This document shows positions 18,972-27,242 of a stretch of DNA of 49,994 nucleotides, piece by piece (position 1 is the stretch's first letter; each line of letters opens with the position of its first letter). Position numbers and translations under genes: made by a program. Under the pieces are notes generated by a model that was not told the DNA's origin, searched no databases, and worked only from the letters and a program-made list of their open reading frames with translations. Location of the stretch: NCBI GenBank assembly GCA_037142675.1, contig JBAXAF010000006.1:1-49994 (forward strand), given 5' to 3'. The DNA comes from Candidatus Berkelbacteria bacterium (GTDB lineage Bacteria > Patescibacteriota > UBA1384 > XYA2-FULL-43-10 > CAINNR01).

Positions 18972-20103
18972 CTTCGAGTAGTTTTGATGTTTCTGATAGT
19001 TCGGCTATTTCTTGATTCTTGATTTTATCAACAACTGAAGTTAGTTGGCGATTTCTGGTTGTTGCAACAACTTCGAATTGTTTGCTGGTTGATGAAATTT
19101 TGTCGCCCAATTTTGTTACTTCTTCACTGTATTTTTGATACTCGGAATCAAATTTTTGTATCAGACCGATGATATGTTGCAAGTTTTCTTGATAACGAAA
19201 ATTGGTGTAGGCCTGCTTAATCATTCGCAGAATTGCCGTAAAACTAAATGGCCCGGCCATAACGACCTTTTTTTGCATCGCCTCTTCCCAGACGTCATTC
19301 ATTTTGTCGTAAATATAACTAAAAATCATTTCATTTGGTATAAACAGAATGACAAAATCGACAGTTTTTTCTTGCGGGTTAATGTAGTTTCTGCTTGATA
19401 CCTGTTTGATTTTTTCTCTGACATCTTGACGAAAAGCTGCGAAATGTCTTTTTTTATCAGCGGCGTTTTCAGCCTCTACTGATTTTACTAGTGAGGCATA
19501 TGGAAATTTAACATCAATATTAATTTTGGTTTTGTCGGGCAGGAAGAGAGTAAAGTCAGGCCTTGTGTTATCTTCTCCCTGGGCTTTATTTTTATTGTAA
19601 TCTTGACCAATAACGAAGCCAGCCATTTTTAGAAGATTTTCGGCAACTTGTTCACCAAAAGCTCCGCGAGTCTGGTTATTCGAAAGTATTGATTTTAGCT
19701 CGTCAGTGGAAAGTTTTAACTCGCCTGTTATTTTTTTGTAATTTTCTAATTCTGATTTTAGTGCAGAAAATGAATTAATTCGCTCCTTGTCGCTTTGGCT
19801 TAAGCGTTCCTCATTTTTGTGAATATCTTTCCGGATCTCGTTTATAAGCTCCGAAATTGCTGACTTTTTTCCTTCGAGATCTGTTCTAATTTCATTTTTT
19901 TGTGACGCCAAAACTTCTTTTGCCATCTGCAAAAAACGTTCACTATTTTTATCTAGCGCGTCAGAAGCCACTCTTGATATTTTATCTTCTAGGCCAGAGT
20001 CGTCCGGTTCCGTTTTTTTTCTGCGAGTCAAAAAACTAGCAGTAATTGTGCCAATTAGAGCTGCAAGGAAAACCGCAACAATAATGATTATTGTCTGATT
20101 CAT
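18946..20103 (-). CDS. rmuC: DNA recombination protein RmuC
   Basis: N-terminal TM, coiled coil, 'RGAFGE', 'RPD...IDVKFP', 'DFVILFIPNE'. Confidence 0.92.
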   Translation of the reverse strand: MNQTIIIIVAVFLAALIGTITASFLTRRKKTEPDDSGLEDKISRVASDALDKNSERFLQMAKEVLASQKNEIRTDLEGKKSAISELINEIRKDIHKNEERLSQSDKERINSFSALKSELENYKKITGELKLSTDELKSILSNNQTRGAFGEQVAENLLKMAGFVIGQDYNKNKAQGEDNTRPDFTLFLPDKTKINIDVKFPYASLVKSVEAENAADKKRHFAAFRQDVREKIKQVSSRNYINPQEKTVDFVILFIPNEMIFSYIYDKMNDVWEEAMQKKVVMAGPFSFTAILRMIKQAYTNFRYQENLQHIIGLIQKFDSEYQKYSEEVTKLGDKISSTSKQFEVVATTRNRQLTSVVDKIKNQEIAELSETSKLLEDDTSEKIL

Positions 20104-20145
20104 GTACCAATTTTAACATATTCTAGTACCAAACAAAAGCCGAAT

Positions 20146-20195
20146 AAAAAACCCGCTTCCTCTTAACACCACGGTGTTAGTGCAAGGATGCGGGG
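20146..20195 (-). terminator. Terminator of cassette A
   Basis: CCCGC...GCGGG stem followed by TTTTTTATT on the - strand. Confidence 0.65.
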
Positions 20196-20214
20196 TGGTT
20201 CTGTTTCCGACTGG

Positions 20215-20511
20215 CTAGGTGGCCCCAAGTGGCTTGGGTACCGGGTTATGCCGCTCAGCGACCATTGAAGCCAGTTCTGTACCTAGGGCTGCGCGTGATG
20301 CGGCCTGCCATTGGGATTCGTCAATCGGGTAGCCACGGAGATTGGCGATCATTCCGGTTGAGTTCATCTCAACGGCCAGCACCATCGGGAGCATGCCGCA
20401 TGGTAGCAGTAGGTTCTGTTTGGCGCCGAGTTTGATGGCTTCTCCCACTGCTGCGGGATCTTCACTCCGAATAGCGTGTTCCAGCTTCTGCTGCAATTGT
20501 CGCCGTGTCAT
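20215..20511 (-). CDS. Small ankyrin-repeat-like protein (GC-rich cassette A)
   Basis: Start reassigned to ATG 20511 after AGGAGG. 'LEHAIRSEDPAAVGEAIKLGAKQN...GMLPMVLAVEMNSTGMIANL' follows ankyrin spacing. Confidence 0.55.
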   Translation of the reverse strand: MTRRQLQQKLEHAIRSEDPAAVGEAIKLGAKQNLLLPCGMLPMVLAVEMNSTGMIANLRGYPIDESQWQAASRAALGTELASMVAERHNPVPKPLGAT

Positions 20512-20596
20512 AGCGCGCCTCCTAACGGCTTTGCCAGGCTGCGATTGCTCTCTCTGCCCAATTGCGGAAACTCGCTGAGGTCTGGGTAACCGCCGA

Positions 20597-20839
20597 CTAT
20601 GAGGAGTCGGCTCCAACCATCTGGCCCTCGTTGATTGATGGGGCAATGTCGAGCAGCAGACGTGCAGCATCCAGCATGAAATCCTCTGACGTGATTACCA
20701 GACAGCCCCGCTCATATACGAGCAGGTAGATCTTCTTCCCGCGAATCGAAATAAGCAGTGGGCAGCCACGGACTTCGTTGCCGAACCAAGTGGCAGTTAG
20801 CTCTGGCCCGACTTCCTCGCAGGGAGGGATTGGTATCAT
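20597..20839 (-). CDS. Hypothetical protein (GC-rich cassette A)
   Basis: 80 aa, RBS GAAAGGA, downstream of promoter 20884-20913. Confidence 0.6.
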   Translation of the reverse strand: MIPIPPCEEVGPELTATWFGNEVRGCPLLISIRGKKIYLLVYERGCLVITSEDFMLDAARLLLDIAPSINEGQMVGADSS

Positions 20840-20883
20840 GGTCCGATCCTTTCGATGGTAACTGCGGAGTGATCGTCAAGTTT

Positions 20884-20913
20884 TTTATAACACAAAATAA
20901 GCTCAAATGTCAA
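20884..20913 (-). promoter_or_regulatory. sigma70 promoter of cassette A
   Basis: TTGACA-18-TATAAA with extended TG. Confidence 0.7.
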
Positions 20914-20935
20914 TGAATTTGAGCAAAATAATTTA

Positions 20936-20985
20936 AGATCCTGAATCAAGCCCACGGGGTCACCTACGGAAGATTCAGGATGACA
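20936..20985. repeat. REP/RPE-like palindromic repeat (half unit)
   Basis: AGATCCTGAATC...GATTCAGGATGACA, matching the right half of 32331..32384. Confidence 0.75.
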
Positions 20986-20993
20986 AAAGACGA

Positions 20994-23888
20994 TTATATT
21001 GCTTCGGCACAAATGTCGCGGTATGGGCAATATTTACATTGGAACATGTCTGGCTTGGCAGAGAGCTCTTTGTTTCGAATCCCCTGCTCAACGTCAGCTA
21101 TCATTTTTTTAGTATTTTCTAAATCGTTCTGGGAAAAAATTCTCTCACCCTTGAGCCCCGACTCAATAAAATGTAGGGTTGTTTTTGGTATTGTGCCATA
21201 TTTACTTTCCCAGGCTAGAGCATAAATCATCATTTGAGTTGAGTCTTTGATCCGTCTTTCAGCATCCTTTTGCTGGCGAACATCGGAGGTTTTAAAGTCT
21301 CTAATTTCTGCTAGTTCTCCACTTCGATAAACCAGATCAAATCGCCCATTTATTTTTACGTCACCTATTAGGAATTCAAATACTTCCTCAACTTTACTAG
21401 GCAGGGTTGAGTCTTTTTGATCTTCATCAAAGAAGCGAGACAAAGTATCAAGTCCCTGTTTAAATCGCAGTTCCTCTTGCTCTCTGGTAATAAAGCCAAC
21501 ATTATGAAAAGCTTGACGATAATCGGCCAGAAGTTGATTTAGCGTTAATTTTTCGCCCGCAATTTTTCTAGCAAAATAATGATCAAGCGCGGCATGGATT
21601 GCTGTACCGTACATTAATTGTTGATTCTCCAAAAGAGGAATTTTTATAATGTGGGCGTAATAAAATTTCTTTGGACATGAATAATAATCATCAATTTGTT
21701 GACGTGAAAGTTTCAGGACCTTATCGGAAAATTTATTTGGCAGGCCCTTTATTTCTTGTGGCAGTTGTTTGAATCTTTCGATTTTTTCAATAGCAGAAAG
21801 CTTGTGTTTTAGTTTTTCCGGTTTGGGTTGATCAAGAAGTTCAAGCGCAAATTGTGATATTTTCTTTGCTCGTTTGCCGCCGTAGTCCTCGGCCGCTGTT
21901 AAATATAAATAGTTTTTCGCCCTAGTTGCGGCAACATAAAAAAGTCGCCGCTCTTCTTCTAAGTGCCAGTCCCCTTCTGGCAGTCTTTCTTTGATTAGCT
22001 CCTCGGAAATTGGTAGTGGATCACGTCTTTTCCTGGACGGAAATCTGTCGGCTACACAGTTGGCGATAAAAACTACTGGCCACTCCAAACCTTTAGAGGC
22101 GTGAACGGTTAAAATATTTACAGCGTCAATGTCCGGGTCGATATCCGAAGAAACAATTTCGTCGCCGACGGAAATAATCAGCTCCAGGTTTTGCAAAAAT
22201 GCTAATACTCCCCGCTCTGAACTTGCGTGATTAAAAGAGGAAATTCGATCAAAAAATTTGGCAATATTAACAATTTTTGCTTCATCTAAGGCTGACGGAT
22301 TGCTGCTAAGCTTCTTTAGATATTTTTTTTCGGTTAGAAAATTATACAGCAGTTCACCGATTGGTTGATTAATGAGTTCGCGGTATTTTTCGATGTCGCG
22401 AATCATCTCTGACAAATTTTCAAAATCCTCAGTTTTCTCGGAGGTCTCCTTGATAACATCAAGAATACTGCGATTCTCTCTTTTGGACTTAGTGTAGTGT
22501 TCTGACAAAGTGCTGTGGGCGACGTTATAAATTTCCGATGTTGCCAGTTGGTGGAGTGCTAAATTGTCATCGGAATATACAATTGATTTCAAAAAAGCGA
22601 TTAGCATTTTTATTTCTGGCTGGGAGTAAAGTCCCGAGGCGCCAGAAAAAATTGACGGAATTCCGGCAACGTTTAGAGATTGAATAAAAGGTTCAGAGTG
22701 AATATTGGCGCGAACTAAAATGGCGAAATCATTATTTTTAAGCCCTTGTTTTTTTAAATCCTGAATTTTTTCAACAACGCTATCTGCTTCGCATGAGAGT
22801 GTGTCACAAAATATTAGTTCGGGCGCCAGACCATGTTTTTTGCTGGTTAGTTTTTTATTGATACCGTTTTTAACTTCCAGCCGATCCGGGTTATTATTTT
22901 GTATGAGCTTGTATGAAGCATCAAGGATTTCTTTTGTCGACCGGTAATTTTCCGTTAGAACAATTTCAGCAACATTTTTATAATACTTTTTAAAGTCCAA
23001 TATATTTGAAATTGCCGCGCCGCGGAAACGATAAATTGATTGATCGTCATCGCCGACCACGGTAATGTTGCCATCTTTGCCCGACAAAAGTTTGATTAGC
23101 TCATTTTGTGCAAAATTCGTATCTTGGAACTCATCTACTAGAATATATTGAAACTTTTCATGGCATTCAAAAAGTACCCTGGGGTTTTCTTTTATCAGTT
23201 TGTAGGTTAAATAAATTTGATCGCCAAAATCCAGGTTTCCCGACTGTATCATCAGCTCCTGGTACCTTGAATAGGCATTGGCGAGTTCTAGAGTTTTTTC
23301 AGCCTCAAGTTTCTCATCGGAGCTATTAGCTTTTAGCTGTAAGCTGTCAGCAAAATTCAAATAATCCTCAGGAGAAATTAATTCATCTTTTAGTCGCGAG
23401 AAATGAGTTAGAAGTTCTTGAAGATGAGAAAGCGGATCAGCAATTGGCCGAAAATGCTTAAGGTCGAAAGCGTAAATATTTTGGCGCATAAAAATTGCTT
23501 GTTCTATTGCGGTCAGCACCTTAAAATTTGCCGGCAAACCCAAATTGATGGCATAGTCGCGCAAAAATCTATCGCCAAAGGCGTGAAAAGTTGAGATCCA
23601 CATATCGGTGTAGCCATATGGCGTAAGCTCGTCAACGCGAACTTCCATTTCGGCAGCGGCTTTTTCTGTGAATGTTAGGGCCAATATTTCCGATGGTTTG
23701 GCCCATTTTTTTTCAATAATATGAGCAATCCGACGGGTAATAACAGCAGTTTTTCCTGTTCCGGCGCCGGCGATAATTAAGAGCGGTCCGGTTTTGTGAG
23801 TTACAGCCTTGTGTTGCGCAGTATTAAGCCCGGCCAAAACATCTGGTTTAGTATTTTCGAAATTTAGTTTAAGTGGTTTGGGTTGCAT
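20994..23888 (-). CDS. UvrD/PcrA-family SF1 helicase fused to C-terminal PD-(D/E)XK nuclease (AdnA/B / AddA-like)
   Basis: 'IAGAGTGKT', 'LVDEFQDTN', 'GDDDQSIYRFRGA', 'EERRLFYVAATRA'; C-terminal 'GRFD...IRDFKTS' with Cys set CPKK...CKYCPYRDIC. Start taken as ATG 23888. Confidence 0.92.
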   Translation of the reverse strand: MQPKPLKLNFENTKPDVLAGLNTAQHKAVTHKTGPLLIIAGAGTGKTAVITRRIAHIIEKKWAKPSEILALTFTEKAAAEMEVRVDELTPYGYTDMWISTFHAFGDRFLRDYAINLGLPANFKVLTAIEQAIFMRQNIYAFDLKHFRPIADPLSHLQELLTHFSRLKDELISPEDYLNFADSLQLKANSSDEKLEAEKTLELANAYSRYQELMIQSGNLDFGDQIYLTYKLIKENPRVLFECHEKFQYILVDEFQDTNFAQNELIKLLSGKDGNITVVGDDDQSIYRFRGAAISNILDFKKYYKNVAEIVLTENYRSTKEILDASYKLIQNNNPDRLEVKNGINKKLTSKKHGLAPELIFCDTLSCEADSVVEKIQDLKKQGLKNNDFAILVRANIHSEPFIQSLNVAGIPSIFSGASGLYSQPEIKMLIAFLKSIVYSDDNLALHQLATSEIYNVAHSTLSEHYTKSKRENRSILDVIKETSEKTEDFENLSEMIRDIEKYRELINQPIGELLYNFLTEKKYLKKLSSNPSALDEAKIVNIAKFFDRISSFNHASSERGVLAFLQNLELIISVGDEIVSSDIDPDIDAVNILTVHASKGLEWPVVFIANCVADRFPSRKRRDPLPISEELIKERLPEGDWHLEEERRLFYVAATRAKNYLYLTAAEDYGGKRAKKISQFALELLDQPKPEKLKHKLSAIEKIERFKQLPQEIKGLPNKFSDKVLKLSRQQIDDYYSCPKKFYYAHIIKIPLLENQQLMYGTAIHAALDHYFARKIAGEKLTLNQLLADYRQAFHNVGFITREQEELRFKQGLDTLSRFFDEDQKDSTLPSKVEEVFEFLIGDVKINGRFDLVYRSGELAEIRDFKTSDVRQQKDAERRIKDSTQMMIYALAWESKYGTIPKTTLHFIESGLKGERIFSQNDLENTKKMIADVEQGIRNKELSAKPDMFQCKYCPYRDICAEAI

Positions 23889-23924
23889 TGTTCCCAAAGT
23901 ATAGCGCAAAAGTGTTTTTTAAAC

Positions 23925-23966
23925 AAAAAAAGCCCCGAACCGCGTGAAGCACGTTGCGGTTCGGGA
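23925..23966 (-). terminator. Terminator of cassette B
   Basis: CCCGAACCGC...GCGGTTCGGG stem plus T-tract on the - strand. Confidence 0.8.
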
Positions 23967-23974
23967 CAGGTTCA

Positions 23975-24217
23975 TCATTCTGGCATCCGCGGATAAAGCG
24001 GAGCCCGGGCAGGGCGCCGTTGGCGACCTTTGTTCGAAAGATGATAGTGCCCATCGTTCCACAGTCTCGCATAGTGTAGGCCTGCCATCATGATGACGGC
24101 GAAGACCAGCGCTGCGATGAAACGAGTAGCGTCATCCTCCTCCCCAGCGAAGAAGATAGCGAATCCGAATCCTCCGCCGAGGAACAGTACTGCCAAGAAG
24201 CCGTAAAGCTTTGTCAT
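23975..24217 (-). CDS. Small 2-TM membrane protein (GC-rich cassette B)
   Basis: 80 aa, RBS AAAGGA, two hydrophobic helices and a basic tail. Confidence 0.65.
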   Translation of the reverse strand: MTKLYGFLAVLFLGGGFGFAIFFAGEEDDATRFIAALVFAVIMMAGLHYARLWNDGHYHLSNKGRQRRPARAPLYPRMPE

Positions 24218-24276
24218 CTTGAGCCACGTCCTTTGCTATGATGTATTCTGTGAGCGTTGCTACGTTGGACATGCGA

Positions 24277-24531
24277 CTATCTGGGTTTGGATCTCATTAT
24301 CGCTCTGGCCAGCCTTCGTCTCGGGCAGAACCAGCGCGACAGGAAGAAAACAATGCCTCCTAAGCAGAGTAATAGACCTACTGTCTTGAGGCTAACAATG
24401 GCTTCGGTGAAGTTACTGTCAGCTAGCGGCACTGTTAATGTGACTATCGCAAGACCAACAAAGATCCAGGACAGCCATTTTAGCAGATTGCTAAGCTGAA
24501 GCAGACTGGCCAGAGGTGATGTTGATGTCAC
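24277..24531 (-). CDS. Small 2-TM membrane protein (cassette B)
   Basis: GTG 24531 after GAAAGGAG preferred over ATG 24594; two TMs and an Arg-rich tail. Confidence 0.55.
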   Translation of the reverse strand: MTSTSPLASLLQLSNLLKWLSWIFVGLAIVTLTVPLADSNFTEAIVSLKTVGLLLCLGGIVFFLSRWFCPRRRLARAIMRSKPR

Positions 24532-24649
24532 CCAACCACTCCTTTCATGCCCCTGAAAGAGAAAACCCTGAAGCGAACTCCAGGGATTCCTCATTTAAAG
24601 GGCTTTGACTCTAAGGGCAATTTTTAATACCCTCATCGTCAACTTCTCC

Positions 24650-24678
24650 ATTGTAGCACATAAGTTTGTTGTTGTCAA
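24650..24678 (-). promoter_or_regulatory. sigma70 promoter of cassette B
   Basis: TTGACA-17-TACAAT with extended TG. Confidence 0.75.
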
Positions 24679-24689
24679 TACCCAGGCAT

Positions 24690-24751
24690 TGTCATTCCCG
24701 CGAAGGCGGGAATCTACTAATAGTGGATCCCCAACTAAATTGGGGATGACA
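24690..24751. repeat. REP/RPE/dRS3-like doublet palindrome
   Basis: TGTCATTCCCGCGAAGGCGGGAATC...GGATCCCCAACTAAATTGGGGATGACA; 62 bp, same length as 35007..35068. Confidence 0.85.
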
Positions 24752-24764
24752 GGATGAGTAGCAG

Positions 24765-25082
24765 CTATTTACTGACTTTTTTGATCATCGACAGTAGCGC
24801 CTCTTTGGGAACAGCGCCAACCGTTTGACCAGTAACCTTTCCGCCATCAAAAATTAGAAATGTTGGAACGCTCATGACATGATATTTCTCGGCAACCTCA
24901 GGATGATCATCGATATTTAATTTGCCGATGACAACATCTTCCTGTTCTTCTGCCAACTCTTCAATTGTCGGCCCCATCATTTGACATGGTCCGCACCATG
25001 GAGCCCAAAAATCTACCAGTACCGGTTTCTCACCGGCAATTATCTCTGCAAAATTTTTCCCCGTTAACTCTTTTTCTGACAC
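24765..25082 (-). CDS. trxA: Thioredoxin
   Basis: WCGPC active site. Confidence 0.97.
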   Translation of the reverse strand: MSEKELTGKNFAEIIAGEKPVLVDFWAPWCGPCQMMGPTIEELAEEQEDVVIGKLNIDDHPEVAEKYHVMSVPTFLIFDGGKVTGQTVGAVPKEALLSMIKKVSK

Positions 25083-25139
25083 ACAACCTCCTTGATTAGT
25101 AGTTTTCTCTGGGCCGCTATTTAGTGGCTCCAGTATGTA

Positions 25140-25724
25140 TTATACCACATGCTGTTTGACAGCGAGCTTCGAAACTGACTTTTTTGATGCTATATTCCTT
25201 GCGAGTAAGATCGATAGCTCCATTAATCCGAAGAAAGTTCCGACATAGAATAAATCACCAGCTATTGTGTTGCGGAAAAACGGCAGTGCTAGAACATAGC
25301 AATTTGTTATGCCTTGCAGTGTGTGAGGATAAATAGAGTGAGGAATAACCCACATGGCAAAGTTTGTAAATATGAAAAACAAAATTGAGCCGGCAAGGGT
25401 GCCACCAATAACATTTGGCAAGGTTTTGTGATTTCGAAGCCAAAGACCAATTAGGCCAATAAGCAGGAAGGAGCCATATACCGATACCAAAATGTATGGG
25501 TTATAAAATCCAATAAAGTAATCTGCGATCAGCATTGCTGCAATCGGAACTATCAAGGCATATTTCTTATTCAGATAAACGCCGCCAAATAGAGCAATTG
25601 CAGCAATTGGAGCGAAGTTAGGAATGTGTGGTAAATATTTAACCAGCGGTGCTATTGGTGCCCAGTCATGGAAACGAGTCGCGATTCGAAGTAATACTCC
25701 CAGAAAAATCATAAATAAAGCCAT
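25140..25724 (-). CDS. DUF6580 / BtuM-like solitary S-component, putative cobalamin transporter
   Basis: Multi-TM with 'PNFAPIAAIALFGG', 'FFIFTNFAMW', 'LPFFRNTIAGD'; downstream of a cobalamin riboswitch. Confidence 0.8.
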   Translation of the reverse strand: MALFMIFLGVLLRIATRFHDWAPIAPLVKYLPHIPNFAPIAAIALFGGVYLNKKYALIVPIAAMLIADYFIGFYNPYILVSVYGSFLLIGLIGLWLRNHKTLPNVIGGTLAGSILFFIFTNFAMWVIPHSIYPHTLQGITNCYVLALPFFRNTIAGDLFYVGTFFGLMELSILLARNIASKKSVSKLAVKQHVV

Positions 25725-25745
25725 GTTCCTCCCGTATTATTTATA

Positions 25746-26375
25746 TTAGAAACTCGCAAGTTGCCAAAAGATGCTATCACCTTGCTGAACTGGTTGATCC
25801 AATGCTCCAACGTTGCTGAAAGCCCCGTTATAATAAAAGGCCCAATATTGGTTTCCTGTTGGAACAATACCGCCAATACCAGTGACGAAGACGCCAAAAC
25901 TGTAAGTGTCATATTTCAAGGCAAAGTTGTTTTGTGATGCTGCCCGTTGCAAAATATTAAAAGCGTTGTCTCCTGATTGTAAATCCACTTTGTAGGAGCC
26001 GACATTTTCGATTGTGATAGTTGCCTGATTTAGGACTACTAGCCGATCAACGGTTTGGGTAATGGTTTTGGTGATTATTGTCGGCGCAGAAGCGGTTTGA
26101 ACAGCTGGTTTCGCCTGCAACCCAGAAATTTGTTTCTGTGCTGCTGATAATGATTGCTGCAAATTATCATTTAAACTTAGTGTCTGATTGACCTTGTTTT
26201 GGATCTGGCTCAGTTGATTTTGCAAATCAGCCAGGCTGCTTGATCTTGCTTGGTTTTCTTTTTTCAATTCTTTGGCTTGATTGTTCAAGCTGGCTATTGA
26301 AAGTCCACCGTAAATCAGGGTGACAATCAACAAAGACAGAGCCGGAAACATTAAACTTTTAAATAATTTATTCAT
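25746..26375 (-). CDS. Membrane-anchored coiled-coil protein with DUF4430 (transcobalamin C-terminal-like) domain; putative B12-binding
   Basis: 'FGVFVTGIGGI...QYWAFYYNG..SNVGA....VQQGDSIFW' matches the transcobalamin beta domain. Confidence 0.82.
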   Translation of the reverse strand: MNKLFKSLMFPALSLLIVTLIYGGLSIASLNNQAKELKKENQARSSSLADLQNQLSQIQNKVNQTLSLNDNLQQSLSAAQKQISGLQAKPAVQTASAPTIITKTITQTVDRLVVLNQATITIENVGSYKVDLQSGDNAFNILQRAASQNNFALKYDTYSFGVFVTGIGGIVPTGNQYWAFYYNGAFSNVGALDQPVQQGDSIFWQLASF

Positions 26376-26395
26376 AATTTTCCTTTTTAAAAAAA

Positions 26396-26420
26396 GTAAA
26401 AAACAGCGATTGGTCGCTGT
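26396..26420 (-). terminator. Attenuator terminator downstream of the riboswitch
   Basis: ACAGCGA-CCAA-TCGCTGT-TTTT on the - strand, just before the DUF4430 RBS. Confidence 0.75.
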
Positions 26421-26460
26421 AATTTCGCCCTAAACTAGATGCTGCGCATCAGTTCAGGGT

Positions 26461-26566
26461 AAACCTCTCGACCGAAGGGTTTTGTCAAATCTTGGTTTTC
26501 TGGCTCCCCCGAATTATCGGGGATACAGTAGCGGGACTGCGTCGGCATTAAACCGACTTACCCAAG
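26461..26566 (-). ncRNA. Cobalamin riboswitch (compact, class-II-like)
   Basis: - strand: CTTGGGTAAGTCGGTTTAATGCCGACGCAGTCCCGCTACTGTA-hairpin-GAGCCAGAAAACCAAG (B12 box), then a P13-like hairpin AAACCCTTCGGTCGAGAGGTTT. Confidence 0.88.
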
Positions 26567-26618
26567 AAATGATTTTTAGAAATATAAAGGTGCTAACCCA
26601 ATATAACTCATAAACTTC

Positions 26619-27146
26619 TTAGTAATCAATACCTTTTTTGGCCCCAATTCTTAGTTTGTACGGGTGCTTAATCTCTTTCATTTCTGTAACTAAATCTGCT
26701 TTGTTCAACAATTCCTTTGATGCTCCCCTGCCGGTGAAAACCACTGTCATTCCCACCGGCACAGCGTCAGTGAGCTTTATGATCTCTCCTGCCTCCACAA
26801 GACCATAATGAACTGCATTATTTATCTCATCCAAGATAACTACATCATATTTCTTACTTTTGATGATTTTTTCTACCAATCTCATTGCATCCGCTGCTGG
26901 CTTTTTGTGCTCCTCTCGTGGCTTGCCTATCCCGATTTTTTCGTCTTCAAACGTTTGGAATATATCGATTTCCGGGATTCGTTCTATAATTTTCCATTCT
27001 CCTGTATTTTTGAAACCTTTAATAAATTGAATTATTGCGACTTTTTGACCCCAGCCAGCTGCTCGAAACGCCAAGCCTAGGGCTGCGGTGGTTTTGCCTT
27101 TTCCCGATCCGGTATAGACAATGATTAAACCCTGATCTTTTTTCAT
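26619..27146 (-). CDS. cobO: Cob(I)alamin adenosyltransferase (CobO/BtuR/CobA)
   Basis: 'YTGSGKGKTTAALGLAFRAAG', 'IQFIKG', 'LDEI', 'TGRGA...ADLVTEMKEIKHPY...GIDY'. Confidence 0.95.
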   Translation of the reverse strand: MKKDQGLIIVYTGSGKGKTTAALGLAFRAAGWGQKVAIIQFIKGFKNTGEWKIIERIPEIDIFQTFEDEKIGIGKPREEHKKPAADAMRLVEKIIKSKKYDVVILDEINNAVHYGLVEAGEIIKLTDAVPVGMTVVFTGRGASKELLNKADLVTEMKEIKHPYKLRIGAKKGIDY

Positions 27147-27149
27147 CGC

Positions 27150-27238
27150 AAAATTGTTATATGGTTAAATTGTTTTATTGCTAAAAAACCAACAATTGAA
27201 CAATAAGTGAGCAAAGCGAACAACAATACAGCAATTGA
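27150..27238. repeat. AT-rich 8-mer degenerate inverted-repeat element
   Basis: ATTGTTAT-ATGGTTAA-ATTGTTTT-ATTGCTAA ... AACAATTG-AACAAT...AACAATACAGCAAT. Confidence 0.55.
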
Positions 27239-27242
27239 TTTA

